This document shows positions 38,006 to 47,804 of a stretch of 64,000 nucleotides of DNA, piece after piece. The stretch's first letter is position 1, and the number at the start of each line of letters is the position of its first letter. The stretch covers positions 32,001 to 96,000 of the forward strand of contig JASFEO010000001.1 in assembly GCA_050124795.1 (NCBI GenBank). Direction: 5' to 3'. The stretch is from Candidatus Pacearchaeota archaeon. GTDB lineage: Archaea; Nanobdellota; Nanobdellia; Pacearchaeales; GW2011-AR1. A program made the translations under genes and the position numbers. The notes beneath the pieces are model-generated. The model was not told the origin of the DNA. It did no database searches and saw nothing but the letters and a program-made list of their open reading frames with translations.

Positions 38006-39775
38006 CTATTTTCCAATATCTCGCAACTTCTTTAAAACATCATCAAGTTCACTTGAAGATTTTTTCTTTGGAGCAGTTTTTACAGGAGGCCTTGCCTGAG
38101 GTTTAGAAGGAGCATGCCTCGGAATAATTCTTCTTGGCATTCTTCTCATGAATGGACTTGGAAATCCTCGTCGCGGAGGACCTCTTGGAGGAGTCTTCTT
38201 AAACTTTGAAGTCAGCCTAAACCAAAAAGGTCTTAACTTATCTCTTGAAATTATTCCAATTAAAACAAGCACAATTAAAATTAATAAAATCCAAATCCAC
38301 AAATAACTTTTCTCTTCCTCTGTTTTTTCAATGCAGCACACTTCTCCGGAATCACATTCATCAACTGTTTCCTGTTCAGACTCTGTGCAGCTTCCCCTGC
38401 ATATCCCGCCATATTTTTCACAATCTGTTTTTTCAACAACTTCCCTGCAATATCCAGGACAGCATTCATCTGTGTCACTCGCTTCAACTGTTGAAGTGCT
38501 GCATGTCTCACTTCCTGCGCATTCCTTGCCATTTAAGTCCTCACAACTTTCAAGAACCTTGTCTCTGTTGCAGCAAACATTTGAACCTGTGCACGTCGAA
38601 CTATAACTATACAACTCATCTCCTCCTGCTTCTTCGCACGCAATACTTGAAATGCAAAAACCATCCATATCAATCTCGCAATCTTCAACTTCTTCGGGCG
38701 CCCCAAAAACCTTTGGCCAGACTGAATGCAAAATAAATGCAGTATTTTTTATATTCCCTTTCCAGCATCCCTGATTATCCTGCGTCTCAAGAAGCCAGTC
38801 CTTTGAATCTGTTTTTTCACTCGGTTCCTCATACTGAAAAGGATAAAGCGCAACTGCAGTGTCATAAAATTTGTCACCCGATTCCTCCCAGTAACTTCCC
38901 TTTTGCTTTTCCAATAAATCAATTCTGTAATCAGTATCATCAGTTAACATATACAAAAATGCTTCAGGAAGAAATCTCGAATTCCCTTCGCTCATTGTAA
39001 TTATATATGGCATATATGACGAAGTTTCATATCCCAAATAATCAAGCACAAGTGTTGCCCAAAGACTTGCTTCATAATCGCAGCTCCCACTTTCAGTAAA
39101 ACAAAATGAATCAACCTTTTCAGTTGTTCTCCCTTCAGAAGATGCGGTGTTTGTCGTTCCTGAAATATATACTTTTGAAGAATCTCTTTTTTTAAATAAT
39201 AAATTTGTCAAAAAATCCTTGTCACACGAAATTTCAAATTCCTTTCCATAACATGCCTGTGAAATCTCAAGCCAATAGCCTCCCCGACCTAAACTAAAAC
39301 ACCCGCCTCCCTGATTTATTTTTTTGTTTGCCCCGACATAAAAAGCATACTCACTTGATTCATAACTTATTGTGCATATCGTGGCCTCAGAACTGTCAAT
39401 TTGCAAATACCATATAACATCTGTAGGAGTTTTATTTTGTTTTGTTATCCATTCTTCTGCCTTTGCAGTATCTGCACCAACTTTGTCCAATGCAAGAATT
39501 GCCTGTGCAGTTGCCTTTACCTTGCAGCCTGATTTGGGAAAACACTCTTCATCAACAGAATCTTCTAAAAGTTCGTTTCTGCATTTCCTGACTGCTAGCA
39601 ACGAAAAAATTTTCTCTTCATAAGAAATACTATCACATTTGTTTTCTATTTTTTTCTCAAGACAATTATATGCATCCGCCACTTTTGCAGTTTCATTCTC
39701 CGCAGCAAGGCTAAACGAGGCAGCCAAAACAAGCCAAACAACAAAAACCCCGAATAAAAAATTCCTCTTTTTCAT
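38006..39775 (-). CDS. membrane-anchored secreted protein with prenyltransferase-like repeats and Cys-rich modules
   Basis: TAQAILAL, WLLETQDNQGCW..TAF; C..GG.C..C..CC repeats; TM; Pro/Arg-rich tail. Confidence 0.75.
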   Translation of the reverse strand: MKKRNFLFGVFVVWLVLAASFSLAAENETAKVADAYNCLEKKIENKCDSISYEEKIFSLLAVRKCRNELLEDSVDEECFPKSGCKVKATAQAILALDKVGADTAKAEEWITKQNKTPTDVIWYLQIDSSEATICTISYESSEYAFYVGANKKINQGGGCFSLGRGGYWLEISQACYGKEFEISCDKDFLTNLLFKKRDSSKVYISGTTNTASSEGRTTEKVDSFCFTESGSCDYEASLWATLVLDYLGYETSSYMPYIITMSEGNSRFLPEAFLYMLTDDTDYRIDLLEKQKGSYWEESGDKFYDTAVALYPFQYEEPSEKTDSKDWLLETQDNQGCWKGNIKNTAFILHSVWPKVFGAPEEVEDCEIDMDGFCISSIACEEAGGDELYSYSSTCTGSNVCCNRDKVLESCEDLNGKECAGSETCSTSTVEASDTDECCPGYCREVVEKTDCEKYGGICRGSCTESEQETVDECDSGEVCCIEKTEEEKSYLWIWILLILIVLVLIGIISRDKLRPFWFRLTSKFKKTPPRGPPRRGFPSPFMRRMPRRIIPRHAPSKPQARPPVKTAPKKKSSSELDDVLKKLRDIGK

Positions 39776-39993
39776 TTTAGTTAAAGACAAATTAGATATT
39801 TAAATATTTACCTTCTGAAAAGCTGATACTAAAAAAGAAAGATAGAAATTAATTTAAATAACTTATATTAAAAATGGAAAAATTAGAAATAAAAAAGTTT
39901 ATATGTTTCCTGAGGAGATTGAAGACTATATCTGGAGGTTGGGAAAATTTAATTTTCCAAAAATTTATAAAGATTAAAGTGTTAAACAGTTTT

Positions 39994-40236
39994 ATGGAAG
40001 ACAAATTAGGAGTGAATGTTGTTATTGAACGAGAAGATGTTGGAGGTAAAGATGTTTTTATAGTTTCAAGTCCTGATGTAAATGTTCTTGCCGAGGGCAA
40101 AAGTGTTGAAGAGGCCAAAGTAAAATTTTTAGAAGGATTAAAAATTCATTTGATGCAATTTCCTGAAGAGAAAAATTCTTTAATTGCAGAAAAAGAAAAA
40201 TATGAAATGCCAATGGTTGCAAGATTATTTTTATAA
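39994..40236 (+). CDS. hicB: HicB-type antitoxin
   Basis: FIVSSPDVNVLAEGKSVEEAK..F.EGL..HL; ATG 39994 with TATA upstream. Confidence 0.8.
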   Translation: MEDKLGVNVVIEREDVGGKDVFIVSSPDVNVLAEGKSVEEAKVKFLEGLKIHLMQFPEEKNSLIAEKEKYEMPMVARLFL

Positions 40237-40434
40237 AAATTCTTCCTGTGAAATTCCTGTTATTCTGCAGATTTTTTTGAAAATTCCAATTGTTGTGGGC
40301 GGCAAAACAACTGTTAAATGAACTTTCCCATTTGAAAGTGTTATGTGACTTCCACCCCTGCTTTTTACTTCATAACCTTTTTTAATTAAGACCTTGATTA
40401 TTTTTTCACCTTTGATAACTTTTGGAGTTTTCAT
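40231..40434 (-). CDS. hicA: HicA-type toxin
   Basis: IIKVL.K.GY....GGSH..L.....TV. Confidence 0.82.
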   Translation of the reverse strand: MKTPKVIKGEKIIKVLIKKGYEVKSRGGSHITLSNGKVHLTVVLPPTTIGIFKKICRITGISQEEFL

Positions 40435-40507
40435 TTTATCTTTTTAATAATAAAAGATATTTTTATTTAAAAAACTTGTTTCACAAAAAATAGAAATTAA
40501 ATTTTAA

Positions 40508-42556
40508 CTACGCTAGTAGTTTACTTGCTCCATTCTCTTTTTTAAACTTTAAAACATTTTCAACAAAGCCTTCGATTTTTTGCTCGTGACTAACAATAAT
40601 TAATTGTTTGATATTTAATTCCTGCAAAACATCACGCATCTTGTCTAACTGCTGTTCACTAAATCCGTCTGTTGGTTCATCTAAAATCACCAAGTCACGG
40701 GTTTTAATTTTGCTCATTAAAGAATTAATAACCTGATTTAAACTAAGTCTATACGCAAGGGCAATCGCAGTTCTCTCGCCTCCTGACAAATACTGATAAT
40801 CAATTTCATAATCCTGCTGCTCAATTATCGGCGTGAAGTCGTCGCTTAACCTCACTTCAAAAGAATCTGAAACCAGCATACTAAACCATTCATTAAGAAG
40901 TTTTGAAAATTCATGTTTTAATTTTATCATTACATTTCTCTCGATAAAAGAAATCAGGGAAACAAACTTTTTAGTAAGCCAATTCTCAACTTTAGTTAAT
41001 TTCTCTAAATTTTTTTTCACTTCTTCTGACTTTATTATTCTATTTCTAAGTTCCTCAATTTGATTGCTGAATACAGAAATTTCTTTTTTCAACTCTGCCA
41101 ATTTAATCTCCGCAATTTTTTCAAGACGCAAATCATTTTCAAGTTCACTTTTTTTCTCATCAAATAATTTATCAAATTTTGAGAGTTCTGAAAAACTTAT
41201 TTTCATTGTCTCAACATGCCCTGCCAATAATTCAATATCTTTATTTAAAGAAATATTTGATTTTTTAATTTCTTCAAGCCTCTCGCTTTTTTCCCTGATT
41301 CCCTCAAGACGAATTTTTAAAATTTTTAATTCTCCAATTTCTTTTTCTTTTTCAAAAATAGAAAAATTAACTTCCTTAATTTTTTCTGTTATTTCATTTT
41401 TTGCAAATTCAAGTTCTTCTGATTTATTTTTATTTTTTGATAGATCATTATGCAGGTTATTTAAAACATTGGCGCGATAAACTGCATCAACTTTTTGCAG
41501 GCAAGTCGGACAGCTCTCCAGATTGGAAATCTTTTGCTTTAATTTTTCATTTTCAGAATTCTTCAAATTTACCGACGCTATTTCAGAATTAATCACAATT
41601 TTTTCTTCTTCAGATTTTTCTTTTTTCTTTTTTAATAAATTAATCTCTTTCTCAAGTTCGCCAATCTTCTCCTCATCGAAATTAATCTCCGACAATTCAC
41701 TTATCTGATTATTTATATTAACAACTAATTTCTCATTTTCTGAAATTGAATTCTTTTTTGTTTTTATCACAATATCTGTTTTTTCAATTTCCTGCAAAAT
41801 TTTATTTTTCTCTTCAATCTTTTTCGACAACTCTTCTTTCTCATTTTGAGTTTTTATTCTTTTTTCTTTTTTAGAAAAAACCTCGCGTTCAACTGATGAC
41901 AAATTAATTTTCAAACTCTCCAACTCATTTTCCTTTGCTGTTAAATTAATTTTATCTTCTTCTAAATTTATAGTCATTCCCTCTTTCAATCTTTTTTCTT
42001 CTCTTATCTTCGCTGCAACCAAATATGTGTTTTCCAAAATTCTTTTATACTTGTCAATTCCAAAAACATGCCTTAAAGTATTTATTCTTGTTTCATTGTC
42101 CTGCAAAATTATTTGCTTCATTTCTTCCTGCGGCGTGTAAACTGTAAACTTGTATAGAATATTTTGTTTTTTTGAAAATTCAGTTGGATAATTAAGAAGT
42201 TCAAGAACCCTTGTTTTTAATTCCGTAACAGAAAGTTCATGCTTCTCGCCATTGATTGTGATTGCGCAATAATCCTGTGAAATTGTTTTTCCTTTTTTTA
42301 AAGTTCTCTCAATAATTATTTCCTTGTCGTCAATATTAAATTCAATTATAACTCCTCCGGCATCAGTTGAGTTTTTTAAAAGTGCAGAACCGCGTTGTCC
42401 TGGCTGCAAACCAAATAAAGCAAATTCTATTCCCAGCAAAATTGAAGTTTTTCCTGAACCAATGTCGCCTGACAAAAGAGTCGAACCTTCTGGAAAATCA
42501 ACTGTTTCATTTTCATAACTTCTGATATTATTTAATGTAATTTTTTTTAATAGCAT
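40508..42556 (-). CDS. rad50: Rad50/SbcC SMC-family ATPase
   Basis: GDIGSGKTS, Q-loop, CPTC zinc hook, LSGGE, LDEPT, VSH. Confidence 0.92.
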   Translation of the reverse strand: MLLKKITLNNIRSYENETVDFPEGSTLLSGDIGSGKTSILLGIEFALFGLQPGQRGSALLKNSTDAGGVIIEFNIDDKEIIIERTLKKGKTISQDYCAITINGEKHELSVTELKTRVLELLNYPTEFSKKQNILYKFTVYTPQEEMKQIILQDNETRINTLRHVFGIDKYKRILENTYLVAAKIREEKRLKEGMTINLEEDKINLTAKENELESLKINLSSVEREVFSKKEKRIKTQNEKEELSKKIEEKNKILQEIEKTDIVIKTKKNSISENEKLVVNINNQISELSEINFDEEKIGELEKEINLLKKKKEKSEEEKIVINSEIASVNLKNSENEKLKQKISNLESCPTCLQKVDAVYRANVLNNLHNDLSKNKNKSEELEFAKNEITEKIKEVNFSIFEKEKEIGELKILKIRLEGIREKSERLEEIKKSNISLNKDIELLAGHVETMKISFSELSKFDKLFDEKKSELENDLRLEKIAEIKLAELKKEISVFSNQIEELRNRIIKSEEVKKNLEKLTKVENWLTKKFVSLISFIERNVMIKLKHEFSKLLNEWFSMLVSDSFEVRLSDDFTPIIEQQDYEIDYQYLSGGERTAIALAYRLSLNQVINSLMSKIKTRDLVILDEPTDGFSEQQLDKMRDVLQELNIKQLIIVSHEQKIEGFVENVLKFKKENGASKLLA

Positions 42557-42625
42557 TTTCTCTTTTATAATTTAGAAATTTTTTAGTATATAAAATTAGT
42601 TGTGATAAAAAATAGCTTTGAGGTT

Positions 42626-43435
42626 TTAGAGATATTTTGCCATTGCCTGAAGAATTTCATATGAAGCTTTTCTTCTGTCATCAACTGTTCCTTTTTTGAC
42701 GAGAATATTTTTTCCATTTTCTTTTTCATAAACATTTCCTGCAGTTGTTATTGCTCCGCCAATTATAAGAATTGAATTACTGCAATCCTGAACTGCCAAG
42801 TCCGGAGTGTATAATTGTTTTTGACCTTTTCTTTGAACTCCTGCCCATTTTATCCCTGGCGTAACTTTCTTAAAATCATAACCCATTTTTTCCAGACCTC
42901 CTGCTTTACTTGCAGGGCAAACAACTCCGTCAAGACCCCATCTCCTTGCAAGTTCTGTTCTTCTCTCAACTAATTCATCATATCTAGTATTTATTCCTTC
43001 TTTTTTTAAATCACTGTCATCAATGCTTGTTAGAACTGTTACTCCTATAACTCCAGGTCTTTCAATTCCTCTTTCCTGAGCTCCCTTGTATGCTCCTTCA
43101 AGAGCTTTTTCACACATTGGTTCTCCGCTCTCTCCAAGATGAATATTAAAAAAAGAAACTCCTGGAACCGCGCTCGCTTTTGCTGCACCATAAACCGTAT
43201 TCGGGGTATCATGATATTTTAAATCCAAAAATGAGGAACCTTTTTTATTATAAATTTCTCTTACAATTGGGACCCCTTCATTGCATGCAGAAGTATGTAA
43301 CTCTTTTCCTATTTTGCACATCCCCACCAAGTCAGACAATTCTCCTGCAAGACTTAATGCTTCAGAAGTTGTTGGAACATCCAAAGCTAAACAAACTCTC
43401 TTTCTTGCTTGTTCTTCTTTTTCTGTTAGTTTCAT
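42626..43435 (-). CDS. pyrF: orotidine-5'-phosphate decarboxylase
   Basis: LALD, FLDLKYHDTPNTV, VTVLTS, DGVVC, VTPGI. Confidence 0.93.
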   Translation of the reverse strand: MKLTEKEEQARKRVCLALDVPTTSEALSLAGELSDLVGMCKIGKELHTSACNEGVPIVREIYNKKGSSFLDLKYHDTPNTVYGAAKASAVPGVSFFNIHLGESGEPMCEKALEGAYKGAQERGIERPGVIGVTVLTSIDDSDLKKEGINTRYDELVERRTELARRWGLDGVVCPASKAGGLEKMGYDFKKVTPGIKWAGVQRKGQKQLYTPDLAVQDCSNSILIIGGAITTAGNVYEKENGKNILVKKGTVDDRRKASYEILQAMAKYL

Positions 43436-43816
43436 TTTATTTTAGATTATTAATCCAGAAAATTTTTTTGGTTTAAAAGAATTGTTGTTCTACAGAACTA
43501 TCTTTTTCAATATCCCCTTTCATAACCTAAATTATTATTTTGCCCATATCCTTTTTGCTCTTCAATTTTTTTCAACTTTTTAGCATTTTTTAAAAGTGCC
43601 TCAAGATTTGCAACTTTTTCCTTCATAGTTATTGGATTACCTTCTTCTTTCATATAAATATATAGGCATTTACTTTTTTAAATTTTCACTTTTTTTATTA
43701 AGAACCTCAAACAACTCTTTTTCAGATCCATGTAAATTTTTTTCTTCACTTGCGATTAATAATCTTTTAATCAGATTTAATTCCTGTTTTTTAATTTTTA
43801 TTTTTATTTGATTTAA

Positions 43817-44497
43817 TTATCCCTTTAAGATTCTCTTAAAAAATAAACTTTCTCTTTCTCCACTGCTCATTTTTTCTAGTTCATAATCTTTTAGTAATTC
43901 ACATAAACTTTCTTCGCAATCCCTTACTACTTTTGCTGCTGAAGAAATCCCAGAAACAATAAAAATCATTGAGGAGTTTGAACTTATTATTGTCAGCACT
44001 TGCTTGATAACTGCTCTTGGGACATCATCTTTTTTAACAAATAAAACATGCTTTTCTATGTTCCCCAGAATATCCAAAATATCTTTTTTAAATTTCTCAA
44101 CGGAAATTATATTATCTATAATTATTCCAATGTATCGGTTGAGGATTCCATTTTCAACGAATTGCGCTATGTGCAATCCTTTAACATCATATTTATTGAA
44201 AATTTTCGTTCTAAGGTTTTGCTTTCTGTCTTCCTCTTTATCCCGTTCGAGACTTCTCAATGTCAAACCCATTTTTAACAAAAAGAGCATTTCTTTATCC
44301 TCAATATAAACTTTGTAAAAAGCTAGTTCTCCTGATTTGTATTGTTCCTTAACTCTTTGGATTGTTTTTTCATCCTGAATAAATGCAAGTTCTTTATCCC
44401 TGAATTTAGTTGCTAGTCTTTTGATAAAATCTTCCCCCCATTGCAAGAATCCTTGTGTTGCTCCTTTTGAAGCGCTTTCTATTGGATCATAAGACAT
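43817..44497 (-). CDS. hypothetical protein
   Basis: 226-aa ORF overlapping the upstream gene. Confidence 0.65.
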   Translation of the reverse strand: MSYDPIESASKGATQGFLQWGEDFIKRLATKFRDKELAFIQDEKTIQRVKEQYKSGELAFYKVYIEDKEMLFLLKMGLTLRSLERDKEEDRKQNLRTKIFNKYDVKGLHIAQFVENGILNRYIGIIIDNIISVEKFKKDILDILGNIEKHVLFVKKDDVPRAVIKQVLTIISSNSSMIFIVSGISSAAKVVRDCEESLCELLKDYELEKMSSGERESLFFKRILKG

Positions 44498-44729
44498 CTC
44501 CAAACTCCTCAAAATATTTAGAGAGGCTTATTTCATTATCATCTAAAATTATAGTGCTTCCAGGCAGAATAACCATGTTAGCCACTCTAACAGGAATCTC
44601 CAAATATTTGTCTAAGATCTTCTTCCCAGATTCATCTAAAACATACTCTCCATCAGAATCATAGCCTAATTCTTTTAGGAGCTTTATTTTAGATTCCACA
44701 GAAACTTGTTTTAATGAAACTAACTCCAT
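44487..44729 (-). CDS. hypothetical protein
   Basis: 80-aa ORF with own TATA, coupled to the downstream gene. Confidence 0.6.
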   Translation of the reverse strand: MELVSLKQVSVESKIKLLKELGYDSDGEYVLDESGKKILDKYLEIPVRVANMVILPGSTIILDDNEISLSKYFEEFGDVL

Positions 44730-44783
44730 TTTATTATTTAATAAATTAAATGTATTTAAATATTTAACTTTTATGAATTGTAA

Positions 44784-45944
44784 TTACACCCCAAAAATCT
44801 TCCTCGCCTCTTCCATTAAGCGATTTGTAAAAACTTCTGCTGTTTCACCTTCCTGCTTTTCAGTTTGCAAAGAATTAATTAATTGAGGAACTAAATCATT
44901 AAACTCTGCAGGGTTCTCATCATTATAAATTTTAATTGCATCGCGTTCAACATTTTCTGAATCACGAATTTCCCTCTCCAGTTCAATTTCTTTTTGATTA
45001 AGTCCGTGAGTATTTCTCAAAACAAAATACGCATTTTTTGATTTTGCAAATTCTTCAATCTTCTGAAAATTAATATCTGAATTTTTCCCATTTTCTAACT
45101 CTCCTTCAATTCTTAATAAAACAATCTTGTCATTTAATTCAACCTTGCTTAATTCTGAAATTATTTTTTCAGTTGCACCAATTGTGTCATTAAATTCAAA
45201 CTTTAAAGAAAGGATATCTTTAATTTTTATTTTTATTTTTTGCAGAGGGTTTTCGCTCTCAGTGTCAACTAAATAAAATCCTCCATATTTTAAGTCTTCT
45301 AATTCCTGGAAGTTATTTGGGAATAATGGTCCAGGATAGACAAAGTTTTTGTATTGAAAGTCAATGTGCAAGTGACCCATTGCATAATAATCTGCATTTG
45401 GCAAATTTTCTGTTTCTATTGAGTCGATGGGAAGTGTTCCTTTTGCCTTGTCAATTGTTGTGTGAAGTGCGAAAATTTTAAAGAGCCCCGGAGAATCATT
45501 TAATTTTATCCGACGCAAATCCTGAATTTCAAGACCAGACTTTTTTCCAGGATAACCATAAAGCGCAACACCTTTGTAAATTACTGGTTCTAAAATAATT
45601 TTTTCTTCATCCTCAACAGAGTTTGAAATATTTTTGCAAAATCCTGCGCACTCCAAAACATCTAAAAAAGTTTTTCCTGAAACAGAGTAGTCGTGCGAAC
45701 CTGCAATTATAAAACAATCAATCTGCGCCTGGTTTAATTTTCTGAATTCTGCAAAAGTCTCTTTTAGGATTTCAATTCCCGGATATGCTGAGTCAAACAA
45801 GTCCCCTGCAATTAAAACAAAGTCAAGTTTTTTCTCAATGCAAATTGAAATTGCCTGTCTAAAAGCTTCAAAATTTAATTCCTGCATTTCGCGGGTTTTC
45901 CATCCACCTAAGTGGACGTCGGAGATGTGTGCAAAGCGTACCAT
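44784..45944 (-). CDS. mre11: Mre11 DNA repair nuclease
   Basis: SDVHLG, AGDLFD, GSHD, GHLH, YPG. Confidence 0.92.
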   Translation of the reverse strand: MVRFAHISDVHLGGWKTREMQELNFEAFRQAISICIEKKLDFVLIAGDLFDSAYPGIEILKETFAEFRKLNQAQIDCFIIAGSHDYSVSGKTFLDVLECAGFCKNISNSVEDEEKIILEPVIYKGVALYGYPGKKSGLEIQDLRRIKLNDSPGLFKIFALHTTIDKAKGTLPIDSIETENLPNADYYAMGHLHIDFQYKNFVYPGPLFPNNFQELEDLKYGGFYLVDTESENPLQKIKIKIKDILSLKFEFNDTIGATEKIISELSKVELNDKIVLLRIEGELENGKNSDINFQKIEEFAKSKNAYFVLRNTHGLNQKEIELEREIRDSENVERDAIKIYNDENPAEFNDLVPQLINSLQTEKQEGETAEVFTNRLMEEARKIFGV

Positions 45945-46012
45945 AATTTGAAAAAGACAAAGACAGGTTTATATAATTTTATGTAGTGTTTTTGTGGATT
46001 GTTGAGGGGATG

Positions 46013-46636
46013 TTAAACTCCTTCAAAAAACTTAATAGCAAAATTGCAGAAATCAATTATAACTTCTTTATCTAATTCAAATTCTTTTCTTTTTCCTAAA
46101 TAATTTTGGCTTGTTGGACTTATTTCTTTTCCCTTTTTTAGTTCTTCGTAAGTTATACATTTTATGTGTTTCTTAGATACAATAATAAAATATGCATTTT
46201 CAAAAGGATAATTTTTTGGCAAATCTTTAAAAGAAAATTCTTCTTTTGCTCTGAATTTTACTTCAACAAAGAATACCTCTTTTCCTTTTTGAACAACAAA
46301 ATCAGGCATTCTTCTAATATTAGTTGCAACATCTCCCCGAACGCCTTTTAGCAATTTCATAATTCCCGGAACAGTATTTTCCATACCATATCTAAAAACA
46401 TTATAATCCAATGACAAAAATAATTCTTCAATTAGGGTTTCAGCAATTCTCCCTTTAATCATTCCTTCCCTATATCTACTTTCTTTTTCATCTAAACCAC
46501 TTTTTTCTTCAATAGGCTCTTCATTTGAAATTCCTTTCTGGCAATCTCTACACAATACTTTTCTATAATTATCTTTAGAATAATCATAAACTTTTTTTGT
46601 AATCTCTTCTTTGCAATTTGAACAATAATAATCCAT
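46013..46636 (-). CDS. zinc-ribbon + PD-(D/E)xK nuclease
   Basis: CSNC...LCRDCQ; KGRIAE..., MPDFVV, FVEVK. Confidence 0.72.
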   Translation of the reverse strand: MDYYCSNCKEEITKKVYDYSKDNYRKVLCRDCQKGISNEEPIEEKSGLDEKESRYREGMIKGRIAETLIEELFLSLDYNVFRYGMENTVPGIMKLLKGVRGDVATNIRRMPDFVVQKGKEVFFVEVKFRAKEEFSFKDLPKNYPFENAYFIIVSKKHIKCITYEELKKGKEISPTSQNYLGKRKEFELDKEVIIDFCNFAIKFFEGV

Positions 46637-46749
46637 AATTAAATTTGTAAAATTCGCTTTAAATAATTTTATGTGATAAAATTTAATTTATCATTCTAAA
46701 TCCTCGAATAACACGCATAAATCCCCCCGCCAAAAACCTTAAAAACTAT

Positions 46750-46767
46750 TGTATCATATTAGATACA
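46750..46767. promoter_or_regulatory. candidate autoregulatory operator
   Basis: TGTATC-N6-GATACA immediately before the HTH-MNT start. Confidence 0.45.
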
Positions 46768-46768
46768 T

Positions 46769-47347
46769 ATGTATATTAATAAAAACAAAGAACTAAAAGT
46801 AATATCTTTATTTAGAAGAAATTATAATTCAAGATTTTATTTAAGACAAATAAGCAAGTTGTCAAAACTCCCCCTTAAAACATGCCAGAATATTTTGCAT
46901 GAATTAGAAACTTCTAAGATCCTCAAAAGTAAAACAGAAGGAAAAAATAAATATTTTTTTCTGAATCTCGAAATCATAAAAACAAAATTAATTTTGCAGC
47001 AGGCAGAGATTTATCAAACAGATTTATTCATGGAAAAATATCCTCAATTTAAAATTTTCTTAAAATCAATTAAGGCTCATGCTTTAATTATAATCTTTGG
47101 GAGTTTTGCAAAATTTACTGCAAATAAAAATTCTGATTTGGATTTATTAATTGTTTCTAACAAAAAAGTCGAACTACCTTTTCATTTGCTTTCATTTAAA
47201 CCTCATGAAATTAATCTTACTGAAGAGATTTTCTTAAAATCAATTAAGGAACAGGAAAATTTAATAAAAGAAATTGAGGAAAACCATATAATCCTAAATA
47301 ATCATTCATTTTATGTAAATGCAATATGGGAGAATTATGCAAAATAA
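46769..47347 (+). CDS. HTH + minimal nucleotidyltransferase (MNT antitoxin)
   Basis: LRQISK HTH; IFGSFAK...SDLDLLIV. Confidence 0.85.
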   Translation: MYINKNKELKVISLFRRNYNSRFYLRQISKLSKLPLKTCQNILHELETSKILKSKTEGKNKYFFLNLEIIKTKLILQQAEIYQTDLFMEKYPQFKIFLKSIKAHALIIIFGSFAKFTANKNSDLDLLIVSNKKVELPFHLLSFKPHEINLTEEIFLKSIKEQENLIKEIEENHIILNNHSFYVNAIWENYAK

Positions 47348-47804
47348 AAAATTAAATTGGTGCTTTAAAATTAAAGATGGTCTAAAAATAGTTGAACCAA
47401 ATGAAAGACTTTCAAAATCTTATCTTGATAATGCAAAATCTTCTTTACTAAGAGCAAAAAGAAATTTCGAAGAAAAAGATTTTCTCTGGACAACTGTTGC
47501 AATTTATTATTCTGAATATTATGCGCTTTATTCTTTTCTGCAAAAAATAGGAATAAAATGCGAGAATCATTCGTGTTCAATTTTAGCTGTAAGTATATTA
47601 TTAGGAGAAGGCAAAATAAAGATAATCAATGAACATAAAGAAAAAAGAATAGATGCTCAGTATTACATGAAAGTCGGACAGGAACCAAAAATCAAGATAA
47701 TGCTCAAAGAGGCACAGGATTTTATTTCAATGTTTGATGAATTAATTTCCAATCTTTCTGAAAAAGAAATTAAAAATTACAGAAAGAAGTTAGATACTTT
47801 TTAG
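47337..47804 (+). CDS. HEPN-domain protein
   Basis: YYSEYY, ENH.C, RIDAQY; paired with MNT. Confidence 0.8.
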   Translation: MQNKKLNWCFKIKDGLKIVEPNERLSKSYLDNAKSSLLRAKRNFEEKDFLWTTVAIYYSEYYALYSFLQKIGIKCENHSCSILAVSILLGEGKIKIINEHKEKRIDAQYYMKVGQEPKIKIMLKEAQDFISMFDELISNLSEKEIKNYRKKLDTF

